Below, in pieces: positions 37,852-57,203 of a stretch of 64,000 bases of DNA. Each line of letters begins with the position of its first letter. Position 1 is the stretch's first letter. The DNA comes from the human T2T-CHM13v2.0 reference genome, Homo sapiens. A program made the translations under genes and the position numbers. The notes below the pieces were generated by a model. That model did no database searches and was not told the origin of the DNA. It saw nothing but the letters and a program-made list of their open reading frames with translations. Where the stretch lies: assembly GCF_009914755.1 (NCBI RefSeq), contig NC_060948.1, one strand, 5' to 3'.

Positions 37852-39956
37852 AGATCCATATTTTTTAAATGAAAAAAAATTTCAAAGGTACTCTGCTTGG
37901 TACAATAATCAAATGTATAAACTGAGGAATAAAACATAACCATGAAACCTACTTATAACTGCATATGGAAAATACAGAGGATAATTTTTTAAATAACATA
38001 TTTTGAAAGCCTTAAGTAGTAATTTGAAGAGTTGGCATTTGAAAGGCCAGTATGAATATACCTTCAAAGCAGCAACACAGGTTCCCCATGAGAAAAAGCA
38101 AACACAGGGAAAATAAAAACACAAAGGTTCAATCTCTTCTGACCTTTGAAAGACACAGCACAGACAGTGGTCCTTAGGACGAAGAGCAGGAGACCCCTAA
38201 TTCCGTCACCATGGCGATAGGGCATAAACATTGCTGGGTGAGGGCACAATCCACATTGTGAGGTCCAACTGCTGCCAGGAAGACAGGAGTGCTTTTACAT
38301 AGACCGAAAGGTCATTGAAGGCTCAGAGTTTTGTTTCAAGAACTGAATCCCAAGCCCACACGTTATTACGCTGCGCTTCTTAAAACAAGTTATGAGATGG
38401 GAAAAAGGGCACCCACAAACATACGTATACATTATGTATATAATAATATACAGTATCATATATATAATATATATAACCTATGTATAATATTGTTTTACAT
38501 CCTGCATCTTATATTATATATATTGTATAAAATATAATAATTGATAATATATAAGTTTTATAATTATACAATATGACATATAGTATATATTATAATTTAT
38601 GACATATATAATATATGTTATATATCATATATAGAATATATTATACGGTTAATATACGTATTAAATATAAATTATACATTATATATATTATATATAATAT
38701 ATCTGTTATATATAATACCCATTATGCATAATATATATATTATGTCTATGTTATATATAGTATAAAACAACATATAATAATATATAATTGTATATATAAA
38801 ATGCGACATATAATATATATTATATTTTATAACATATGTAATATATATTATATATTATATATAATACGTTGTATGTATAATACCTATATTAAATATATAT
38901 TATATGACTATGTTATTAATTACATGTCACATGTGTTATATATTATATATTTTACATAGAATATACCGGTTACATACAATATATACTATGTTACCTATAA
39001 TGTATAATTGATTACATGTAAAATAAAGAATGCAATATATTATGTATAATTTATAATATACAATATGTGGAATGTGATATATATAACATATAATATATGA
39101 TATATGATATACAGTATATGATATATAACATACAATATATGATACCTAATATATATGGTATACAATATATATTTTAAGATATGTATTCTATATGTTTTAT
39201 ATTCTGTTATATATAAGTATTTGAAATTATATATAACTGTATAATATTTTATGTAAATATGTAATATAATATATATAACTATATAATATATTATATATAA
39301 CTCTATATTATGTTATATATACTTTTATAACATAATTTACATAAAATGTCATAATATAATATATATTATATTATTTCACATTACATAATATATATTACAT
39401 ATCACCCAATATAAGTAACATACATAATATTATAATATATATTATATTATGTTATATTAAATATCATATATATCATGTATCATATATTCTATAATATATA
39501 TTACACATTATATAATATGTATGTTGTCTATTATGTGATATATATGACAATATATATAATTATATTTTTATACATATAACTAGATAAACATGTAATTCTA
39601 CATATTTTCATTTATAATATGTAGAATTATATAATCATATATAATTATTTATATTCTATAAAAAATTTTATCTTTATATAAATTATAATATATAAAAATT
39701 ATAATATGTTCTTCAAATATATATATTATATATCATATATGCTATAGTACCTTTGTTATATATCATAATACATATAAATGTGTATTATGTTATCTATAAT
39801 TATATAATTTCATATATAAGTTGTATAATATGTATCATATATTATATATGTTATGTAATATATATAGTATATATAAGATGACACAGGATAAATATTATAT
39901 ACTATGACATATAAAATATATGAGGTTATATGTTACATATAAGGCATAGCACATAA

Positions 39957-40271
<315 letters not shown>

Positions 40272-42376
40272 AGATCCATATTTTTTAAATGAAAAAAAAT
40301 TTCAAAGGTACTCTGCTTGGTACAATAATCAAATGTGTAAACTGAGGAATAAAACATAACCATGAAACCTACTTATAACTGCATATGGAAAATACAGAGG
40401 ATAATTTTTTAAATAACAAATTTTGAAAGCCTTAACTAGTAATTTGAAGAGCTGGCATTTGAAAGGCCAGTATGAATATACCTTTAAAGCAGCAACACAG
40501 GTTCCCCATGAGAAAAAGCAAACACAGGGAAAGTAAAAACACAAAGGTTCAATCTCTTCTGACCTTTGAAAGACACAGCACAGACAGTGGTCCTTAGGAC
40601 GAAGAGCAGGAGACCCCTAATTCCGTCACCATGGCGATAGGGCATAAACATTGCTGGGTGAGGGCACAATCCACATTGTGAGGTCCAACTGCTGCCAGGA
40701 AGACAGGAGTGCTTTTACATAGACCGAAAGGTCATTGAAGGCTCAGAGTTTTGTTTCAAGAACTGAATCCCAAGCCCACACGTTATTAGGCTGCGCTTCT
40801 TAAAACAAGTTATGAGATGGGAAAAAGGGCACCCACAAACATACGTATACATTATGTATATAATAATATAGAGTGTCATATATATAATATATATAACCTA
40901 TGTATAATATTGTTTTACATCCTGCATCTTATGTTATATATATTGTATAAAATATAATAATTGATAATATATAAGTTTTATATTTACACAATATGACATA
41001 TAGTATATATTATAATTTATGACATATATAATATATGTTATATATCATATATAGAATATATTATACGGTTAATATACGTATTAAATATAAATTATACATT
41101 ATATATATTATATATAATATATCTGTTATATATAATACCCATTATGCATAATATATATATTATGTCTATGTTATATATAGTATAAAACAACATATAATAA
41201 TATATAATTGTATATATAAAATGCGACATATAATATATATTATATTTTATGACATATGTAATATATATTATATATTATATATAATACGTTGTATGTATAA
41301 TACCTATATTAAATATATATTATATGACTATGTTATTAATTACATGTCACATGTGTTATATATTATTTATTTTACATAGAATATACCGGTTACATACAAT
41401 ATATACTATGTTACCTATAATGTATAATTTATTACATGTAAAATAAAGAATGCAATATATTATGTATAATTTATAATATACCATATGTGGAATGTGATAT
41501 ATATAACATATAATATATGATATATGATATACAGTATATGATATATAACATACAATATATGATTCCTAATATATATGGTATACAATATATATTTTATGAT
41601 ATGTATTCTATATGTTTTATATTCTGTTATATATAACTATTTGAAATTATATATAACTGTATAATATTTTATGTAAATATGTAATATAATATATATAACC
41701 ATATAATATATTATATATAACTATATATTATGTTATATATACTTTTATAACATAATTTACATAAAATATCATAATATAATATATATTATATTATTTCATA
41801 TTACATAATATATATTACATATCACCCAATATAACTAACATACATAATATTATAATATAGATTATATTGTGTTATATTAAATATCATATATATCATGTAT
41901 CATATATTCTATAATATATATTACACATTATATAATATGTATGTTGTCTATTATGTGATATATATGACAATATATATAATTATATTTTTATACATATAAC
42001 TAGATAAACATGTAATTCTACATATTTTCATTTATAATATGTAGAATTATATAATCATATATAATTATTTATATTCTATAAAAAATTTTATCTTTATATA
42101 AATTATAATATATAAAAATTATAATATGTTCTTCAAATATATATATTATATATCATATATGCTATAGTACCTTTGTTATATATCATAATACATATAAATG
42201 TGTATTATGTTATCTATAATTATATAATTTCATATATAAGTTGTATAATATGTATCATATATTATATATGTTATGTAATATATATAGTATATATAAGATG
42301 ACACAGGATAAATATTATATACTATGACATATAAAATATATGAGGTTATATGTTACATATAAGGCATAGCACATAA

Positions 42377-42691
<315 letters not shown>

Positions 42692-44796
42692 AGATCCATA
42701 TTTTTTAAATGAAAAAAAATTTCAAAGGTACTCTGCTTGGTACAATAATCAAATGTGTAAACTGAGGAATAAAACATAACCATGAAACCTACTTATAACT
42801 GCATATGGAAAATACAGAGGATAATTTTTTAAATAACAAATTTTGAAAGCCTTAACTAGTAATTTGAAGAGCTGGCATTTGAAAGGCCAGTATGAATATA
42901 CCTTTAAAGCAGCAACACAGGTTCCCCATGAGAAAAAGCAAACACAGGGAAAGTAAAAACACAAAGGTTCAATCTCTTCTGACCTTTGAAAGACACAGCA
43001 CAGACAGTGGTCCTTAGGACGAAGAGCAGGAGACCCCTAATTCCGTCACCATGGCGATAGGGCATAAACATTGCTGGGTGAGGGCACAATCCACATTGTG
43101 AGGTCCAACTGCTGCCAGGAAGACAGGAGTGCTTTTACATAGACCGAAAGGTCATTGAAGGCTCAGAGTTTTGTTTCAAGAAGTGAATCCCAAGCCCACA
43201 CGTTATTAGGCTGCGCTTCTTAAAACAAGTTATGAGATGGGAAAAAGGGAACCCACAAACATACGTATACATTATGTATATAATAATATAGAGTGTCATA
43301 TATATAATATATATAACCTATGTATAATATTGTTTTACATCCTGCATCTTATGTTATATATATTGTATAAAATATAATAATTGATAATATATAAGTTTTA
43401 TATTTACACAATATGACATATAGTATATATTATAATTTATGACATATATAATATATGTTATATATCATATATAGAATATATTATACGGTTAATATACGTA
43501 TTAAATATAAATTATACATTATATATATTATATATAATATATCTGTTATATATAATACCCATTATGCATAATATATATATTATGTCTATGTTATATATAG
43601 TATAAAAAAACATATAATAATATATAATTGTATATATAAAATGCGACATATAATATATATTATATTTTATGACATATGTAATATATATTATATATTATAT
43701 ATAATACGTTGTATGTATAATACCTATATTAAATATATATTATATGACTATGTTATTAATTACATGTCACATGTGTTATATATTATTTATTTTACATAGA
43801 ATATACCGGTTACATACAATATATACTATGTTACCTATAATGTATAATTTATTACATGTAAAATAAAGAATGCAATATATTATGTATAATTTATAATATA
43901 CCATATGTGGAATGTGATATATATAACATATAATATATGATATATGATATACAGTATATGATATATACCATACAATATATGATTCCTAATATATATGGTA
44001 TACAATATATATTTTATGATATGTATTCTATATGTTTTATATTCTGTTATATATAACTATTTGAAATTATATATAACTGTATAATATTTTATGTAAATAT
44101 GTAATATAATATATATAACCATATAATATATTATATATAACTATATATTATGTTATATATACTTTTATAACATAATTTACATAAAATATCATAATATAAT
44201 ATATATTATATTATTTCATATTACATAATATATATTACATATCACCCAATATAACTAACATACATAATATTATAATATAGATTATATTGTGTTATATTAA
44301 ATATCATATATATCATGTATCATATATTCTATAATATATATTACACATTATATAATATGTATGTTGTCTATTATGTGATATATATGACAATATATATAAT
44401 TATATTTTTATACATATAACTAGATAAACATGTAATTCTACATATTTTCATTTATAATATGTAGAATTATATAATCATATATAATTATTTATATTCTATA
44501 AAAAATTTTATCTTTATATAAATTATAATATATAAAAATTATAATATGTTCTTCAAATATATATATTATATATCATATATGCTATAGTACCTTTGTTATA
44601 TATCATAATACATATAAATGTGTATTATGTTATCTATAATTATATAATTTCATATATAAGTTGTATAATATGTATCATATATTATATATGTTATGTAATA
44701 TATATAGTATATATAAGATGACACAGGATAAATATTATATACTATGACATATAAAATATATGAGGTTATATGTTACATATAAGGCATAGCACATAA

Positions 44797-45111
<315 letters not shown>

Positions 45112-47207
45112 AGATCCATATTTTTTAAATGAAAAAAAATTTCAAAGGTACTCTGCTTGGTACAATAATCAAATGTATAAACTGAGGAATAAAACATAAC
45201 CATGAAACCTACTTATAACTGCATATGGAAAATACAGAGGATAATTTTTTAAATAACAAATTTTGAAAGCCTTAACTAGTAATTTGAAGAGTTGGCATTT
45301 GAAAGGCCAGTATGAATATACCTTCAAAGCAGCAACACAGGTTCCCCATGAGAAAAAGCAAACACAGGGAAAGTAAAAACACAAAGGTTCAATCTCTTCT
45401 GACCTTTGAAAGACACAGCACAGACAGTGGTCCTTAGGACGAAGAGCAGGAGACCCCTAATTCCGTCACCATGGCGATAGGGCATAAACATTGCTGGGTG
45501 AGGGCACAATCCACATTGTGAGGTCCAACTGCTGCCAGGAAGACAGGAGTGCTTTTACATAGACCGAAAGGTCATTGAAGGCTCAGAGTTTTGTTTCAAG
45601 AACTGAATCCCAAGCCCACACGTTATTAGGCTGCGCTTCTTAAAACAAGTTATGAGATGGGAAAAAGGGCACCCACAAACATACGTATACATTATGTATA
45701 TAATAATATAGAGTGTCATATATATAATATATATAACCTATGTATAATATTGTTTTACATCCTGCATCTTATGTTATATATATTGTATAAAATATAATAA
45801 TTGATAATATATAAGTTTTATATTTACACAATATGACATATAGTATATATTATAATTTATGACATATATAATATATGTTATATATCATATATAGAATATA
45901 TTATACGGTTAATATACGTATTAAATATAAATTATACATTATATATATTATATATAATATATCTGTTATATATAATACCCATTATGCATAATATATATAT
46001 TATGTCTATGTTATATATAGTATAAAACAACATATAATAATATATAATTGTATATATAAAATGCGACATATAATATATATTATATTTTATAACATATGTA
46101 ATATATATTATATATAATACGTTGTATGTATAATACCTATATTAAATATATATTATATGACTATGTTATTAATTACATGTCACATGTGTTATATATTATA
46201 TATTTTACATAGAATATACCGGTTACATACAATACATACTATGTTACCTATAATGTATAATTTATTACATGTAAAATAAAGAATGCAATATATTATGTAA
46301 AATTTATAATATACCATATGTGGAATGTGATATATATAAAATATAATATATGATATATGATATACAGTATATGATATATAACATACAATATATGATTCCT
46401 AATATATATGGTATACAATATATATTTTATGATATGTATTCTATATGTTTTATATTCTGTTATATATAACTATTTGAAATTATATATAACTGTATAATAT
46501 TTTATGTAAATATGTAATATAATATATATAACTATATAATATATTATATATAACTATATATTATGTTATATATACTTTTATAACATAATTTACATAAAAT
46601 ATCATAATATAATATATATTATATTGTTTCATATTACATAATATATATTACATATCACCCAATATAACTAACATACATAATATTATAATATAGATTATAT
46701 TGTGTTATATTAAATATCATATATATCATGTATCATATATTCTATAATATATATTACACATTATATATTATGTATGTTGTCTATTATGTGATATATATAA
46801 CTATATATATAATTATATTTATACATATAACTAGATAAACATGTAATTCTACATATTTTCATTTATAATATGTAGAATTATATAATCATATATAATTATT
46901 TATATTCTATAAAAAATTTTATCATTATATAAATTATAATATATAAAAATTATAATATGTACTACAAATATATATATTATATATCATATATGCAATAGTA
47001 CCTTTGTTATATATCATAATACATATAAATGTGTATTATGTTATCTATAATTATATAATTTCATATATAAGTTGTATAATATGTAACATATATTATATAT
47101 GTTATGTAATATATATAGTAAATATAAGATGACACAGGATAAATATTATATACTATGACATATAAAATATATGAGGTTATATGTTACATATAAGGCATAG
47201 CACATAA

Positions 47208-47522
<315 letters not shown>

Positions 47523-49628
47523 AGATCCATATTCTTTAAATGAAAAAAAATTTCAAAGGTACTCTGCCTGGTACAATAATCAAATGTATAAACTGAGGAA
47601 TAAAACATAACCATGAAACCTACTTATAACTGCATATGGAAAATACAGAGGATAATTTTTTAAATAACATATTTTGAAAGACTTAACTAGTAATTTGAAG
47701 AGCTGGCATTTGAAAGGCCAGTATGAATATACCTTCAAAGCAGCAACACAGGTTCCCCATGAGAAAAAGCAAACACAGGGAAAGTAAAAACACAAAGGTT
47801 CAATCTCTTCTGACCTTTGAAAGACACAGCACAGACAGTGGTCCTTAGGACGAAGAGCAGGAGACCCCTAATTCCGTCACCATGGCGATAGGGCATAAAC
47901 ATTGCTGGGTGAGGGCACAATCCACATTGTGAGGTCCAACTGCTGCCAGGAAGACAGGAGTGCTTTTACATAGACCGAAAGGTCATTGAAGGCTCAGAGT
48001 TTTGTTTCAAGAACTGAATCCCAAGCCCACACGTTATTAGGCTGCGCTTCTTAAAACAAGTTATGAGATGGGAAAAAGGGCACCCACAAACATACGTATA
48101 CATTATGTATATAATAATATACAGTATCATATATATAATATATATAACCTATGTATAATATTGTTTTACATCCTGCATCTTATGTTATATATATTGTATA
48201 AAATATAATAATTGATAATATATAAGTTTTATAATTATACAATAAGACATAGAGTATATATTATAATTTATGACATATGTAATATATGTTATATGTCATA
48301 TATAGAATATATTATACGGTTAATATACGTATTAAATATAAATTATACATTATATATATTATATATAATATATCTGTTATATATAATACCCATTATGCAT
48401 AATATATATATTATGTCTATGTTATATATAGTATAAAACAACATATAATAATATATAATTGTATATATAAAATGCGACATATAATATATATTATATTTTA
48501 TAACATATGTAATATATATTATATATTATATATAATATGTTGTATGTATAATACCTATATTAAATATATATTATATGACTATGTTATTAATTACATGTCA
48601 CATGTGTTATATATTATATATTTTACAATAGAATATACCGGTTACATACAACATATACTATGTTACCTATAATGTATAATTTATTACATGTAAAATAAAG
48701 AATGCAATATATTATGTATAATTTATAATATACCATATGTGGAATATGATATGTATAACATATAATATATGATATATGATATACAGTATATGATATATAA
48801 CATACAATATATGATTCCTAATATATATGGTATACAATATATATTTTATGATATGTATTCTATATGTTTTATATTCTGTTATATATAACTATTTGAAATT
48901 ATATATAACTGTATAATATTTTATGTAAATATGTAATATAATATATATAAATATATAATATATTATATATAACTATATATTATATTATATATACTTTTAT
49001 AACATAATTTACATAAAATATCATAATATAATATATATTATATTATTTCATATTATATAATACATATTACATATCACCCAATATAACTAACATACATAAT
49101 ATTATAATATAGATTATATTATGTTATATTAAATATCATATATATCATGTATCATATATTCTATAATATATATTACACATTATATAATATGTATGTTGTC
49201 TATTATGTGATATATATAACTATATATATAATTATATTTTTATACATATAACTAGATAAACCTGTAATTCTACATATTTTCACTTATAATATGTAGAATT
49301 ATATAATCATATATAATTATTTATATTCTATAAAAAATTTTATCATTATATAAATTATAATATATAAAAATTATAATATGTACTACAAATATATATATTA
49401 TATATCATATATGATATAGTACCTTTGTTATATATCATAATACATATAAATGTGTATTATGTTATCTATAATTATATAATTTCATATATAAGTTGTATAA
49501 TATGTATCATATATTATATATGTTATGTAATATATATAGTATATATAAGATGACACAGGATAAATATTATATACTATGACATATAAAATATATGAGGTTA
49601 TATGTTACATATAAGGCATAGCACATAA

Positions 49629-49943
<315 letters not shown>

Positions 49944-52071
49944 AGATCCATATTTTTTAATTAAAAAAAAATTTCAAAGGTACTCTGCTTGGTACAATAA
50001 TCAAATGTATAAACTGAGGAATAAAACATAACCATGAAACCTACTTATAACTGCATATGGAAAATACAGAGGATAATTTTTTAAATAACATATTTTGAAA
50101 GCCTTAACTAGTAATTTGAAGAGTTGGCATTTGAAAGGCCAGTATGAATATACCTTCAAAGCAGCAACACAGGTTCCCCATGAGAAAAAGCAAACACAGG
50201 GAAAATAAAAACACAAAGGTTCAATCTCTTCTGACCTTTGAAAGACACAGCAGAGACAGTGGTCCTTAGGACGAAGAGCAGGAGACCCCTAATTCCGTCA
50301 CCATGGCGATAGGGCATAAACATTGCTGGGTGAGGGCACAATCCACATTGTGAGGTCCAACTGCTGCCAGGAAGACAGGAGTGCTTTTACATAGACCGAA
50401 AGGTCATTGAAGGCTCAGAGTTTTGTTTCAAGAAGTGAATCCCAAGCCCACACGTTATTAGGCTGCGCTTCTTAAAACAAGTTATGAGATGGGAAAAAGG
50501 GCACCCACAAACATACGTATACATTATGTATATAATAATATACAGTATCATATATATAATATATATAACCTATGTATAATATTGTTTTACGTCCTGCATC
50601 TTATGTTATATATATTGTATAAAATATAATAATTGATAATATATAAGTTTTATAATTATACAATATGACATATAGTATATATTATAATTTATGACATATA
50701 TAATATATGTTATATGTCATATATAGAATATATTATACGGTTAATATACGTATTAAATATAAATTATACATTCTATATATTATATATAATATATCTGTTA
50801 TATATAATACCCATTATGCATAATATATATATTATGTCTATGTTATATATAGTATAAAACAACATATAATAATATATAATTGTATATATAAAATGCGACA
50901 TATAATATATATTATATTTTATAACATATGAAATATATATTATATATTATATATAATACGTTGTATGTATAATACCTATATTAAATATATATTATATGAC
51001 TATGTTATTAATTACATGTCACATGTGTTATATATTATATATTTTACATAGAATATACCGGTTACATACAATATATACTATGTTACCTATAATGTATTAT
51101 TTATTACATGTAAAATAAAGAATGCAATATATTATGTATAATTTATAATATACCATATGTGGAATGTCATATATATAACATATAATATATGATATATGAT
51201 ATACAGTATATGATATATAACATACAATATATGATTCCTAATACATATGGTATACAATATATATTTTATGTTATGTATTCTATATGTTTTATATTCTGTT
51301 ATATATAACTATTTGAAATTATATATAACTGTATAATATTTTATGTAAATATGTAATATAATATATATAACTATATAATATATTATATATAACTATATAT
51401 TATATTATATATGCTTTTATAACATAATTTACATAAAATATCATAATATAATATATATTATATTATTTCATATTACATAATATATATTACATATCACCCA
51501 ATATAACTAACATACATAATATTATAATATAGATTATATTATGTTATATTAAATATCATATATATCATGTATCATATATTCTATAATATATATTACACAT
51601 TATATAATATGTATGTTGTCTATTATGTGATATATATAACTATATATATAATTATATTTTTATACATATAACTAGATAAACATGTAATTCTACATATTTT
51701 CATTTATAATATGTAGAATTATATAATCATATATAATTATTTATATTCTATAAAAAATTTTATCATTATATAAATTATAATATATAAAAATTATAATATA
51801 TACTACAAATATATATATTATATATCATATATGATATAGTACCTTTGTTATATATCATAATACATATAAATGTGTATTATGTTATCTATAATTATATAAT
51901 TTCATATATAAGATGTATAATATGTATCATATATTATATATGTTATGTAATATATGTAGTATATATAAGATGACACAGGATAAATATTATATACTATGAC
52001 ATATAAAATATATCAGGTTATATGTTACATATAAGGCATAGCACATAACATGTAATATATATCATATATAA

Positions 52072-52363
<292 letters not shown>

Positions 52364-54468
52364 AGATCCATATTTTTTAAATGAAAAAAAATTTCAAAGG
52401 TACTCTGCTTGGTACAATAATCAAATGTATAAACTGAGGAATAAAACATAACCATGAAACCTACTTATAACTGCATATGGAAAATACAGAGGATAATTTT
52501 TTAAATAACATATTTTGAAAGCCTTAACTAGTAATTTGAAGAGCTGGCATTTGAAAGACCAGTATGAATATACCTTCAAAGCAGCAACACAGGTTCCCCA
52601 TGAGAAAAAGCAAACACAGGGAAAATAAAAACACAAAGGTTCAATCTCTTCTGACCTTTGAAAGACACAGCACAGACAGTGGTCCTTAGGACGAAGAGCA
52701 GGAGACCCCTAATTCCGTCACCATGGCGATAGGGCATAAACATTGCTGGGTGAGGGCACAATCCACATTGTGAGGTCCAACTGCTGCCAGGAAGACAGGA
52801 GTGCTTTTACATAGACCGAAAGGTCATTGAAGGCTCAGAGTTTTGTTTCAAGAACTGAATCCCAAGCCCACACGTTATTAGGCTGCGCTTCTTAAAACAA
52901 GTTATGAGATGGGGAAATGGGCACCCACAAACATACGTATACATTATGTATATAATAATATACAGTATCATATATATAATATATATAACCTATGTATAAT
53001 ATTGTTTTACATCCTGCATCTTATGTTATATATATTTTATAAAATATAATAATTGATAATATATAAGTTTTATAATTATACAATATGACATATAGTATAT
53101 ATTATAATTTATGACATATATAATATATGTTATATGTCATATATAGAATATATTATACGGTTAATATACGTATTAAATATAAATTATACATTATATATAT
53201 TATATATAATATATCTGTTATATATAATACCCATTATGCATAATATATATATTATGTCTATGTTATATATAGTATAAAACAACATATAATAATATATAAT
53301 TGTATATATAAAATGCGACATATAATATATATTATATTTTATAACATATGAAATATATATTATATATTATATATAATACGTAGTATGTATAATACCAATA
53401 TTAAATATATATTATATGACTATGTTATTAATTACATGTCAGATGTGTTATATATTATATATTTTACATAGAATATACCGGTTACATACAATATATACTA
53501 TGTTACCTATAATGTATAATTTATTACATGTAAGATAAAGAATGCAATATATTATGTATAATTTATAATATACCATATGTGCAATGTGATATATATAACA
53601 TATAATATATGATATATGATATACAGTATATGATATATAACATACAATATATGATTCCTAATACATATGGTATACAATATATATTTTATGATATGTATTC
53701 TATATGTTTTATATTCTGTTATATATAACTATTTGAAATTATATATAAGTGTATAATATTTTATGTAAATATGTAATATAATATATATAACTATATAATA
53801 TATTATATATAACTATATATTATGTTATATATACTTTTATAACATAATTTACATAAAATATCATAATATAATATATATTATATTATTCCATATTACATAA
53901 TATATATTACATATCACCCAATATAACTAACATACATGATATTATTATATAGATTATATTGTGTTATATTAAATATCATATATATCATGTATCATATATT
54001 CTATAATATATATTACACATTATATAATATGTATGTTGTCTATTATGTGATATATATAACTATATATATAATTATATTTTTATACATATAACTAGATAAA
54101 CATGTAATTCTACATATTTTCATTTATAATATGTAGAATTATATAATCATATATAATTATTTATATTCTATAAAAAATTTTATCATTCTATAAATTATAA
54201 TATATAAAAATTATAATATGTACTACAAATATATATATTATATATCATATATGATATAGTACCTTTGTTATATATCATAATACATATAAATGTGTATTAT
54301 GTTATCTATAATTATATAATTTCATATATAAGATGTATAATATGTATCATATATTATATATGTTATGTAATATATATAGTATATATAAGATGACACAGGA
54401 TAAATATTATATACTATGACATATAAAATATATGAGGTTATATGTTACATATAAGGCATAGCACATAA

Positions 54469-54783
<315 letters not shown>

Positions 54784-56911
54784 AGATCCATATTTTTTAA
54801 ATGAAAAAAAATTTCAAAGGTACTCTGCTTGGTACAATAATCAAATGTATAAACTGAGGAATAAAACATAACCATGAAACCTACTTATAACTGCATATGG
54901 AAAATACAGAGGATAATTTTTTAAATAACATATTTTGAAAGCCTTAACTAGTAATTTGAAGAGTTGGCATTTGAAAGGCCAGTATGAATATACCTTCAAA
55001 GCAGCAACACAGGTTCCCCATGAGAAAAAGCAAACACAGGGAAAATAAAAACACAAAGGTTCAATCTCCTCTGACCTTTGAAAGACACAGCACAGACAGT
55101 GGTCCTTAGGACGAAGAGCAGGAGACCCCTAATTCCGTCACCATGGCGATAGGGCATAAACATTGCTGGGTGAGGGCACAATCCACATTGTGAGGTCCAA
55201 GTGCTGCCAGGAAGACAGGAGTGCTTTTACATAGACCGAAAGGTCATTGAAGGCTCAGAGTTTTGTTTCAAGAACTGAATCCCAAGCCCACACGTTATTA
55301 GGCTGCGGTTCTTAAAACAAGTTATGAGATGGGAAAAAGGGCACCCACAAACATACGTATACATTATGTATATAATAATATACAGTATCATATATATAAT
55401 ATATATAACCTATGTATAATATTGTTTTACGTCCTGCATCTTATGTTATATATATTGTATAAAATATAATAATTGATAATATATAAGTTTTATAATTATA
55501 CAATATGACATATAGTATATATTATAATTTATGACATATATAATATATGTTATATGTCATATATAGAATATATTATACGGTTAATATACGTATTAAATAT
55601 AAATTATACATTCTATATATTATATATAATATATCTGTTATATATAATACCCATTATGCATAATATATATATTATGTCTATGTTATATATAGTATAAAAC
55701 AACATATAATAATATATAATTGTATATATAAAATGCGACATATAATATATATTATATTTTATAACATATGAAATATATATTATATATTATATATAATACG
55801 TTGTATGTATAATACCTATATTAAATATATATTATATGACTATGTTATTAATTACATGTCACATGTGTTATATATTATATATTTTACATAGAATATACCG
55901 GTTACATACAATATATACTATGTTACCTATAATGTATTATTTATTACATGTAAAATAAAGAATGCAATATATTATGTATAATTTATAATATACCATATGT
56001 GGAATGTCATATATATAACATATAATATATGATATATGATATACAGTATATGATATATAACATACAATATATGATTCCTAATACATATGGTATACAATAT
56101 ATATTTTATGTTATGTATTCTATATGTTTTATATTCTGTTATATATAACTATTTGAAATTATATATAACTGTATAATATTTTATGTAAATATGTAATATA
56201 ATATATATAACTATATAATATATTATATATAACTATATATTATATTATATATGCTTTTATAACATAATTTACATAAAATATCATAATATAATATATATTA
56301 TATTATTTCATATTACATAATATATATTACATATCACCCAATATAACTAACATACATAATATTATAATATAGATTATATTATGTTATATTAAATATCATA
56401 TATATCATGTATCATATATTCTATAATATATATTACACATTATATAATATGTATGTTGTCTATTATGTGATATATATAACTATATATATAATTATATTTT
56501 TATACATATAACTAGATAAACATGTAATTCTACATATTTTCATTTATAATATGTAGAATTATATAATCATATATAATTATTTATATTCTATAAAAAATTT
56601 TATCATTATATAAATTATAATATATAAAAATTATAATATGTACTACAAATATATATATTATATATCATATATGATATAGTACCTTTGTTATATATCATAA
56701 TACATATAAATGTGTATTATGTTATCTATAATTATATAATTTCATATATAAGATGTATAATATGTATCATATATTATATATGTTATGTAATATATGTAGT
56801 ATATATAAGATGACACAGGATAAATATTATATACTATGACATATAAAATATATCAGGTTATATGTTACATATAAGGCATAGCACATAACATGTAATATAT
56901 ATCATATATAA

Positions 56912-57203
<292 letters not shown>

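Noticed and set aside
48212-48672. Ile/Tyr/Asn-rich ORFs unique to units 20-21
   Set aside because: Chance loss of stop codons in low-complexity AT sequence.
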